From a virus, in IMG/VR virus record IMGVR_UViG_3300046824_000031, positions 1,191-65,190 of that record: a stretch of DNA of 64,000 nt; one strand, written 5' to 3'. The translations under genes were made by a program, and so were the position numbers. How positions within the stretch are numbered: the first letter of the stretch is position 1; each line of letters starts with the position of its first letter. The notes below the pieces were generated by a model that was not told where the DNA came from, did no database searches, and saw only the letters and a list, made by a program, of their open reading frames with translations. Positions 57,423-64,000 of this stretch are shown here, piece by piece.

Positions 57423-57786
57423 CGTTCCTCACCTTAGGCTGGAAGGCTCGGACCGAACACCACATGAGACCTCGATCCCGGCCGTTGAGGTTGACGATGA
57501 GCTTCGCATCTGGCTGGCGGGTCGGAGTCCTTTGATGTACCCAACCCTCAGCCCCGTCGTACTCGAAGCGGTCGAACCAGGAGCCGTCGTACATGAGGAT
57601 GACGAGATCGTTTGGGATCTCCTGCGCCCCATAGCCGGAGTCGTAGTCGAAGTTCGCGAGCTTCCTGAACTGCTCCCAGGTTATGGCGTAGGTGCCATCG
57701 GCGCTGCCGATCCAGGCAATATCCGTTGAGGGGGAGTAGCCACTCTCGATCACTAGGTCGGTGGTTTCCTTGAGAAAGTTCGTCAT
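57415..57786 (-). CDS. Conserved phage hypothetical protein
   Basis: YDSGYGAQE..DLVI..DGSWFDRFEYDGAEGW; GGAGG RBS. Confidence 0.7.
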   Translation of the reverse strand: MTNFLKETTDLVIESGYSPSTDIAWIGSADGTYAITWEQFRKLANFDYDSGYGAQEIPNDLVILMYDGSWFDRFEYDGAEGWVHQRTPTRQPDAKLIVNLNGRDRGLMWCSVRAFQPKVRNDD

Positions 57787-57787
57787 G

Positions 57788-57907
57788 TCAGCACCTCCAG
57801 AGATTTTCAAAGGCGTACGGCAGCCCCGAGAGAATCATGAACACGATGACCGAGGCAGCCACGACTCCCCAGACATGAAGCACGTCGAGCGGTCCTTTCG
57901 GTGTCAC
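57788..57907 (-). CDS. 39-aa single-TM microprotein
   Basis: GTGA coupling; MTPKGPLDVLHVWGVVAASVIVFMILSGLPYAFENLWRC. Confidence 0.55.
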   Translation of the reverse strand: MTPKGPLDVLHVWGVVAASVIVFMILSGLPYAFENLWRC

Positions 57908-58140
57908 CTTCCCCATCTCCCGAGCGTAGGTCGTCGCCAGTTGGGGCGCGTATCCCACCGAACAACGCTCTTGTCTCGATCACGGCGAGCCGTGAGTAGA
58001 ATCTGTGCGAACTCCTTTCGGGTGATCTTTCGGGGAGTCGAGCTATCCTCTTCCACCCGTACATGGGTGGCTTCAGGGTAGTACCGAAGAAATCGTCCGG
58101 TTAGTCCGAAGATGATGCTGTAGTAGATCACCAGTTCCAC
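57904..58140 (-). CDS. Hypothetical protein
   Basis: GTG start, GGAG RBS. Confidence 0.5.
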   Translation of the reverse strand: MELVIYYSIIFGLTGRFLRYYPEATHVRVEEDSSTPRKITRKEFAQILLTARRDRDKSVVRWDTRPNWRRPTLGRWGR

Positions 58141-58220
58141 TCCGAGATTCTCCAGAGGACGTAGATGACGCTGAGCGCAGCGAGAAACAGCAGGAAGTCG
58201 GTCACGGTCTCTCGATCCAT
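58128..58220 (-). CDS. 30-aa single-TM microprotein
   Basis: TGATG coupling; MDRETVTDFLLFLAALSVIYVLWRISEWNW. Confidence 0.55.
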   Translation of the reverse strand: MDRETVTDFLLFLAALSVIYVLWRISEWNW

Positions 58221-58438
58221 CACAGCCACTCCCGTTTCACGTCGTACCCAAACTCCCTCGCCATCCTGATCATCTCGTTGACTCGGGCTCGGGTATGGAT
58301 CCTGGAACTGGGGTTCGGGGAGCGAATAAACTCCCCGTTCTCCAGGCAGCCCTCCTCGACGGATCGATCCGAGTACACGCGATATGCGTAGATCTTTTTG
58401 ACGTTGGTCAGATGCACACTGTACTGTCGGCTTCGCAT
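58220..58438 (-). CDS. Hypothetical protein
   Basis: AAGGAG RBS; TAATG coupling at 58438. Confidence 0.6.
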   Translation of the reverse strand: MRSRQYSVHLTNVKKIYAYRVYSDRSVEEGCLENGEFIRSPNPSSRIHTRARVNEMIRMAREFGYDVKREWL

Positions 58439-58632
58439 TACTCTGTCTCCTTCTCTCGCTTCACGGAGTTCTGCTGCCACTTGCAGCATCCGTAGCAGTA
58501 GTCACCGTGGCACATGTCACAGCAGATGCCCTGGTATTCGGTCAGGGTGACCTGGCACAACTGACAGAGCCGGGTCAGTGGGGGAGGAAGTCGCACGTCA
58601 CTCTGGAAGTCGTCGTCGGTTCCTCGTACCAT
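58438..58632 (-). CDS. 64-aa Cys-rich Zn-finger protein
   Basis: GAGGAG RBS; CQLC..CCDMCHGDYCYGCC. Confidence 0.6.
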   Translation of the reverse strand: MVRGTDDDFQSDVRLPPPLTRLCQLCQVTLTEYQGICCDMCHGDYCYGCCKWQQNSVKREKETE

Positions 58633-58859
58633 CAGATCTCCTCGTCGCTCGTGTCCTGCGCGTCTTGGAACGCCTTGAGCAGAGCCTCTTTCTCCCTCCC
58701 TGTCTTGAGATCCAGCCCCATATCTGCCGTACTTCGAGACTCCCGATAGGCGCGCTCTGCCTCCATCACCGCGCTCATATGGAGCCGGAAGTGATTCTGC
58801 ATGGCTCGAACATACGCTTCGACGGCGTTCAAGAGGTGCTGCTGTCGCTTTGTCGTCAT
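58632..58859 (-). CDS. Hypothetical helical protein
   Basis: GGAG RBS; coupled. Confidence 0.6.
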   Translation of the reverse strand: MTTKRQQHLLNAVEAYVRAMQNHFRLHMSAVMEAERAYRESRSTADMGLDLKTGREKEALLKAFQDAQDTSDEEI

Positions 58860-59305
58860 CAGGAATTCTCCTCCCGGTTCTGCGTGAGATTACGAAGCTG
58901 TCGCAGTGCGGCCTGGGCGTGGGCGTAGACCTCAGGGATCGTCCACTCGTGACCCCCCTGTCCGCGACCATAGGTTCGGTCGATTTTCGTGTAGTCTCCC
59001 CAATGGGCGTAGTCCCAGCCGTACCAGTACCATCCGGCAGGCCAGATGTCCGTACCTCCTGGCGTGCCATAGGTCATGCCCCCGTGAACGTCGAGCATGC
59101 CGTCCATCTCCTCGTAGTTCAGGTGAGCCAGGAGATGATCGAGGGGCACACCGACATACGCCGTCAGGGAGGCGGCGCTCTCCACCACCAGAGCCCGAAG
59201 CGGGTTCTGCCCGTCGTCGTCCGTCGTCACCCAATCCAGGTAGACGAAGCCGATGTTGTCGTACTGTCGCTCGGGGATGCGGACCAGATCCTTCAGGCTG
59301 TTCAT
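58859..59305 (-). CDS. Conserved phage hypothetical protein
   Basis: AYVGVP..H..VHGGMTY..WYGWDYAHWGD family pattern. Confidence 0.7.
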   Translation of the reverse strand: MNSLKDLVRIPERQYDNIGFVYLDWVTTDDDGQNPLRALVVESAASLTAYVGVPLDHLLAHLNYEEMDGMLDVHGGMTYGTPGGTDIWPAGWYWYGWDYAHWGDYTKIDRTYGRGQGGHEWTIPEVYAHAQAALRQLRNLTQNREENS

Positions 59306-59306
59306 G

Positions 59307-59552
59307 TCAGTTCCCTTCGCTTTCCAGGTCCATGAGCATCTTCAGGGCGTCGCGCAGGTTCTCTTCGATCCAACTGAGTTGGAGTCGGAGGGTCTCGGCA
59401 TCGTTCGCCAGTACGATCCTGTCGGCGTTCCTGGTCGCGTTGATGATGGCGCTGTGCCAGCCTATCGTTCTCTGCTGCGTGATCTTGGCCTGTATCAGGG
59501 CGTCGGTCAGCGTAGCTCGAAGCGTCTCGATCCTGGTCCTGTCGTCGGTCAT
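59307..59552 (-). CDS. Coiled-coil protein
   Basis: AGGAGG RBS. Confidence 0.6.
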   Translation of the reverse strand: MTDDRTRIETLRATLTDALIQAKITQQRTIGWHSAIINATRNADRIVLANDAETLRLQLSWIEENLRDALKMLMDLESEGN

Positions 59553-60103
59553 GAGACTTTCCTCCTGTTCATATCCCGTAGCGCCGCTGCGTATCCGTCT
59601 GAGAAGCCCTCGTCGTAATCTCCCTGCCGATCCTCCCCGTACCAGCCCTGGTCAAGCAGTTCCGCCCGCTGGCGCTGATAGTCTCTCTCCTGCCGGTAGT
59701 AGTCGGCCTCGTACGCTTCGGCCGAGTAGTCCACGCCGTCGTGGAACCGGTCGTCGTAGTACTCACCGCAGCATGAGCAGCCATAATCGTCCACGAACCG
59801 GTCGTCGTAGTCCAGGCCGGAGTCGTACCGCTCCTGGCGAACCTCGTCGTCCTCCTCATAGGCTCGCTCAAACGGCTCGGAGTAGGTCGCAGCCAGCCCT
59901 TCGAGGATGAATCGCTTCCCGTCATGGCGTCGGAAGTGGGTCAGTGCCCGCTTCTGAAACTTCTTGTACGCGGGACTGGACGTGCGCCAGTCGTAGCCGC
60001 TGTACTCACGAGCGTCAGGCGTCCTGATGAACCGGCCCATCATCTTCTGACGGCTGCTCCGCGCGTGGTAGACGGTTCCGAACATCGGGCTGGGCTGCGA
60101 CAT
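59549..60103 (-). CDS. Protein with basic N-half and Asp/Glu/Tyr-rich C-half
   Basis: GAGGAGG RBS before ATG 60103; composition visible. Confidence 0.65.
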   Translation of the reverse strand: MSQPSPMFGTVYHARSSRQKMMGRFIRTPDAREYSGYDWRTSSPAYKKFQKRALTHFRRHDGKRFILEGLAATYSEPFERAYEEDDEVRQERYDSGLDYDDRFVDDYGCSCCGEYYDDRFHDGVDYSAEAYEADYYRQERDYQRQRAELLDQGWYGEDRQGDYDEGFSDGYAAALRDMNRRKVS

Positions 60104-60201
60104 AGTTATCCTCCTCACGCCACGACTCCAGAAGGGAGTCGTCCACCTTTTCGGTGTCAGAGCAGCGACGTAACTCCAGTTACGTCGCTGCTCCCGCACG
60201 A

Positions 60202-60429
60202 CTAGGAGATGGTCCTCCAGGTGCTGCGAATCGGGGCGTCGTAGTCGCTGGTGCCCTGTATGAAGCCGGTGGTATTCGGGGCATGATACCCGTGCTTGGC
60301 TGTCGCCGTAATGGGGCGAGACCGGCTCTTGACCCTGATCACAGGGTCGCCGGTGTTCTTGGGGCAGTCGGCATTCGGGCAGGGATCTGCCCCCCACTTC
60401 AGGGTCTTGCAGGATCGGCAGCGTCGCAT
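60202..60429 (-). CDS. Small Zn-ribbon protein
   Basis: GAAGGA RBS; CRSC..CPNADC. Confidence 0.5.
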   Translation of the reverse strand: MRRCRSCKTLKWGADPCPNADCPKNTGDPVIRVKSRSRPITATAKHGYHAPNTTGFIQGTSDYDAPIRSTWRTIS

Positions 60430-60613
60430 GCTGAAGTCCTTCTCGCCGTTCGGCGGTATGAGGGACAGGGGCGACAACGTCGCCCCTGTCAGAGCCAGGA
60501 GTCGCCATTCTGAGGGTGTCTGGGGGAGCGTTAGTCTCTGTTCCGCAGGTACAGGCCGAAGAGTCGGAGTCGCTCCAGCCAGCAGTACGAGCACAGGAGC
60601 CGCTTGCAGAACA

Positions 60614-61420
60614 TCAGGCCACCTTGCCCAGTCGCATAGCACGGTCAGCGCGCTTCTGCGCCCGTGCCGCTCGCTTCTCGTCGTCGGTCAGCCCCGAGTC
60701 GTTCTGCCGTGCGTTGGTCGTCGCCTCGGAGACAGGCGCGGGTGTCGGGACGGTGTGATGGGGGCAGGCAGACCGAGCGATGTTCCACTTGCAGGGCAGG
60801 CCGTCGCCCTTCGGCGCTCCGCACCGGGCCACGTCGGGCCGATCCTGGGCGACGCTCGTCGGCACCGGCAGGGGATCGGTCACCTGAGCGACGCTCCGAA
60901 CCTTCTCCAGTTCAAGCTGAAGGAGTCGGATCTGCTCGTTCAGAGCCGTGATCCGTACGATGGCGCTCTGGAGGAGGGTGTCGAACTCATCCTCGATCTT
61001 GGAGCGAAGCTCCGCCTCAAACGTGTCCAGGGAGACGGTCGGCTCGCAGGGCGTCGGGGCAGGAGTCGTCACCAGAGCCGCCTTCGCCACGTTCTGGGCG
61101 TCGAGTAGCTTCCTGGTCGCGATCCTGACGGGGGCGTTCGCCTGTGCTGCCTTCTTGGCTGCCTGCTTAGCCTTGTCGTCCAGGCTTACGGGGAATCCGA
61201 GCATCTTGACGCAGTTCGGGTGCGCCCACGTCCCATACTTCGAGACGTTGTAGGAGATGGCGTAGTGTCCGCCCTTGTCGCCCACGTCGTCGTGGCAGAT
61301 CGCGCAGTTGTACGCACCGGCCTTCGCCGCGCCGTCCTGCCGAAAGAGAAGCTCCGCGCTGAAAAACGGGGCGAGAAGCTTTGCGATGTCGTCACGAGTG
61401 ACCGGGGTGTTGTTCGCCAT
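60614..61420 (-). CDS. Zn-finger + coiled-coil + CxxxxxxGxxC..CxxH protein
   Basis: AAAGGA RBS; CAICH..HPNC; CGAPKGDGLPC..CPHH. Confidence 0.7.
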   Translation of the reverse strand: MANNTPVTRDDIAKLLAPFFSAELLFRQDGAAKAGAYNCAICHDDVGDKGGHYAISYNVSKYGTWAHPNCVKMLGFPVSLDDKAKQAAKKAAQANAPVRIATRKLLDAQNVAKAALVTTPAPTPCEPTVSLDTFEAELRSKIEDEFDTLLQSAIVRITALNEQIRLLQLELEKVRSVAQVTDPLPVPTSVAQDRPDVARCGAPKGDGLPCKWNIARSACPHHTVPTPAPVSEATTNARQNDSGLTDDEKRAARAQKRADRAMRLGKVA

Positions 61421-61635
61421 GATTCTGTGTTCCTTTGCCCGTTGGGGCAGGTCGTCGCGTGATGTCGTTCGTCTGCCGACGCCATAGGCCAGCCTGATTT
61501 GGCCTATCCCCGCTCGGGCGGGGGACGGAGACGTACTCCCTTTTGGAGTACGTCGCCGTTCGCACGAATGGCAGTCAGGAAAAGCGCAGCCAGTCGATTT
61601 CAGCGCGCAGTCTCCAGTACGCAACGCGAAGTCGT

Positions 61636-61824
61636 TCAATCATTGGAGCATTCCCCCCGCGAGTCGCGCATCAACTCGATGATGGCGCCCAGTTCGGAGC
61701 GGAAATCGTTGGAGATGACCGGCTCTAGCGTTGCCATGAGGATGCGGGCGCGCTGGATAGCCTCGGTCAGCATCTCATGGGCGCTCTGCATGCGGATGGC
61801 GTCGGATGGGGCACGGTGGAACAT
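61636..61824 (-). CDS. Hypothetical helical protein
   Basis: AAAGGAG RBS. Confidence 0.6.
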   Translation of the reverse strand: MFHRAPSDAIRMQSAHEMLTEAIQRARILMATLEPVISNDFRSELGAIIELMRDSRGECSND

Positions 61825-61917
61825 GGGGTTTACTCCTTTTCAGGGTATGAGAACGGCGCCCTTCAAGCGAAGGGCGCCGTCGTGGCGACTGGAGGGAGGC
61901 AGGAGCGGCGAGAGCGC

Positions 61918-62397
61918 TTACCGCTTGACGAGATACCAGACACCCTTTTCGGTCGCGCTCGATGCAACGGTCAACTTGCCCGCGCTCTTGACGCCAAGAT
62001 CGAGCGCGCGATTGCGGGCGCTCTTGATCTGCGCGACTGGGCTCTTGACGCCATCAGCCGTCCGCTCGATCTTCAAGAATCCTGGCGCCTGCCCGTCGAT
62101 CCATTCGATGACGGGATACCACGGATTCGTGGTCGCGCGACTGGTAGGCGTCTTGACGGTCGCGGTCAAGGCGCCTGCGATGAATGTCAACTTGAAACTA
62201 GGAACGGTCAGGACGGCGGGAGCGGTCGGTACGGGAGCAACGGGCGCGGTCTTGACCGCGTTCTTCTTTACGGGCGGGACGGTCACGCCATGCTCCGCCG
62301 CCATCTCCGCGATGATCGGATCGCGCGCCACGGTCGCAGTCGCGGTATCAGTCGCGAGCAGCGCGGCAAGGGTAGCAGCCTTCGAGGTACGTGCCAT
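61918..62397 (-). CDS. Ala/Thr/Lys-rich early protein
   Basis: AAAGGA RBS before ATG 62397. Confidence 0.65.
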   Translation of the reverse strand: MARTSKAATLAALLATDTATATVARDPIIAEMAAEHGVTVPPVKKNAVKTAPVAPVPTAPAVLTVPSFKLTFIAGALTATVKTPTSRATTNPWYPVIEWIDGQAPGFLKIERTADGVKSPVAQIKSARNRALDLGVKSAGKLTVASSATEKGVWYLVKR

Positions 62398-62523
62398 GAT
62401 CTGTTGTCCTTTTGGCGTCAATGCGCCAGTATGTTGTGATCCTACGCCATGAGCCGGACTGAATTTGGCTCATCCTGTCGTATCAGGTACGGCGCCATCC
62501 GATAGGATGGCGCCATCGCACGC

Positions 62524-62925
62524 TCAGATCATCAGTTTTCGAGGATACCGCTCATTGAATTCTCGCGATGGTTTCTCGCCTTTCTTAGGGTATCGCGTCG
62601 TGTCACGGATGATCTCATGGGATGGTTCCATGTCGTGCGTTTGGATCATCGGGCGCGGATAGGTCGCACCATGCTCTGCCGCGTGGCAACGGCCGCTCGT
62701 CTGGCATTCGCGGCAGTACGTGGTGATCGGATTCGTCGCGACTACCGTCCGAACGATTTTTCCTGGTGTGCGTGGTGACACTGGGCGCGGCATTCGTGGA
62801 GCAACGGGCGCAGGTTCCTGGTAGTTCCTGACTCTGGTCGAACCATCATCCATCATGCGCCACGCTGCCCGACGACGCGCTTTTCTGTTGGCGCCTGCGA
62901 ATGTCTGATATGTCGTGGTTTCCAT
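62524..62925 (-). CDS. Basic early protein with CRECQ..CH
   Basis: GAAGGA RBS. Confidence 0.55.
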   Translation of the reverse strand: METTTYQTFAGANRKARRRAAWRMMDDGSTRVRNYQEPAPVAPRMPRPVSPRTPGKIVRTVVATNPITTYCRECQTSGRCHAAEHGATYPRPMIQTHDMEPSHEIIRDTTRYPKKGEKPSREFNERYPRKLMI

Positions 62926-62929
62926 GTGG

Positions 62930-63040
62930 CTAATCCTTCAGGACCACGCAGGCTACGACGAGCCCGACCGAGAAAAGAACGGAAGCAACGAACATGAGCA
63001 GCGCAACGATGCTGGCGACATCGAGGATGGTTTCAAACAT
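62930..63040 (-). CDS. 36-aa single-TM microprotein
   Basis: GGAG RBS; MFETILDVASIVALLMFVASVLFSVGLVVACVVLKD. Confidence 0.55.
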   Translation of the reverse strand: MFETILDVASIVALLMFVASVLFSVGLVVACVVLKD

Positions 63041-63215
63041 GACAACAACTCCAGTGTGATGGTTTCCACGGTGGAACGGATCGCCTTCGAGACGATAGAC
63101 ACGGGGCGCCAATGGCGCCCCGCCCGTCCGTTCCTGATCAGTGATCGCGTGACATAGCAGTCTGATCAGGACTGATCGCGTTTTTGGCAGTGACGGTCAT
63201 GCTAGATCCCTCGTT

Positions 63216-63281
63216 TGCCATTCGCTCCACTCGAAGGATGCCCACCGTACAGCGTGGCATCTATCGAGCGGAGCGAAGGCA
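63216..63281. repeat. Long hairpin (~26 bp paired, 2 mismatches)
   Basis: TTCGCTCC-a-CTCGA-a-GGATGCC pairs with GGCATCT-a-TCGAG-c-GGAGCGAA, extended by TGCC/GGCA. Confidence 0.8.
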
Positions 63282-64000
63282 CGGTCCCCAACATGGTCCC
63301 GTAGTGGCACCAGCATTCACACTGGTGCCTACCTACACTCACACTTCGAGTAGTTCATCCGTGCCCGTTCAATCGTGGGGAACGTCCTAGAAGAAAGCGC
63401 CCGACGGTAGCTCAGGATTTGAGGATGGCCAATGGTCACAATCCTCATGGAGCGGTACTGCTGTACACATTCCGTCTGCACTCTGGCGACGAGGAACGGA
63501 TGCCCAGAAGGAAGAGGTACGGCGTGAACGCTCCCGTACGTACTCTCACACGGCACCATCCGCAATCTATCGGCAGGATGCTTGCTCGAAGTGATCTCGA
63601 TCCGTCTCGTTTGCCTACTCACCAGGACCGCCGTGCTTCTCAGTGGAAGCCTCAGCCCGCTAGTCCTGGTGCCAACGTTGGCGGATCACTTTCGGTTGTC
63701 AAAGTGCTGGGCACGGCTTGCGCCGCACCCCATTTGTACCCCCCAGGAGTGGACGTGTCCACTGCCCGTACACTCTTGACCGGTCGGAAGTTACCTAGCG
63801 CGCGTGAAGAGCCGGCCCGTTTCCCTTCGAGTATCTCGTTTCTCAGAACCAATTTCCGACCGGCCCAAAAGTGTGCACAAAGAAACCCTAAACGGGAACT
63901 TGACAAATATTCCTTGACCGGCATGTTCGATAGCGTTCTGATAACATCCTGACTGCATTTCAATCTGCAAGTGACTCACTATTGCGATGCTAACAGCACA

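Larger units (their letters stand above)
1..64000. mobile_element. Tailed dsDNA bacteriophage genome (near-complete, podovirus-like)
   Basis: TerL, portal, scaffold, HK97 capsid, lysins and tail genes on +; replication and early genes on -; no host housekeeping genes. Confidence 0.95.

Noticed and set aside
54065-61635. Known riboswitch or self-cleaving ribozyme in the structured leaders
   Set aside because: No c-di-GMP, ZTP, hammerhead, twister or pistol core recognised
63900-63947. TTGACA at 63900 as a promoter for terS
   Set aside because: No -10 at 16-18 nt; the nearby TGATAACAT is too common a pattern to support alone
63419-63952. 177-aa + strand ORF at the right end
   Set aside because: No SD, Arg/Pro-rich non-protein-like composition, overlaps dense hairpins
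1-64000. Stop-codon reassignment
   Set aside because: TAA, TAG and TGA all end recognisable genes at expected positions, and conserved genes are uninterrupted in code 11
1-64000. tRNA, tmRNA, integrase/attP, IS elements
   Set aside because: No cloverleaf or T-loop consensus, recombinase or transposase motif recognised by eye; tRNAscan/ARAGORN would be needed to exclude fully

Overview
The window is all phage DNA, about 60% GC by eye, and probably most or all of one tailed dsDNA phage genome. No host genes, integrase, tRNA, CRISPR array or reverse transcriptase were found. The + arm (2-38366) runs terS-like gene, lysis cassette (holin-like proteins, a GH-A hydrolase and a GH25 muramidase sharing a C-terminal domain), terL, small head proteins and portal. 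A ~15 kb block of probable ejected virion proteins follows, including a 1482-aa peptidase/transglycosylase and a 2105-aa protein with a low-GC ADP-ribosyltransferase-like cassette. Scaffold, HK97 capsid, decoration/fibre genes and a short-tail adaptor/nozzle/fibre complete the arm. No tape measure or tail tube was recognised, so the phage looks podovirus-like (inference). The - arm (38203-63040) carries dcd, ThyX-like, PolA, RecU-like, primase-helicase, SSB-like, ParB-like, SNF2 helicase, a MoxR-AAA/vWA pair and many small early genes. One divergent HTH gene and a hairpin-rich, AT-rich origin-like gap interrupt it. The host is probably a high-GC monoderm such as Actinomycetota or Chloroflexota (weak inference). 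The main leads are a hand-found 18-bp operator at four leftward promoters, a VYPPGV motif shared by three adjacent virion proteins, a likely internal start making a free lysin binding domain, the bracketed ART cassette, GATC enrichment, unannotated membrane microproteins and a hairpin-dense non-coding right end. Family assignments come from motif recognition by eye, not database searches.
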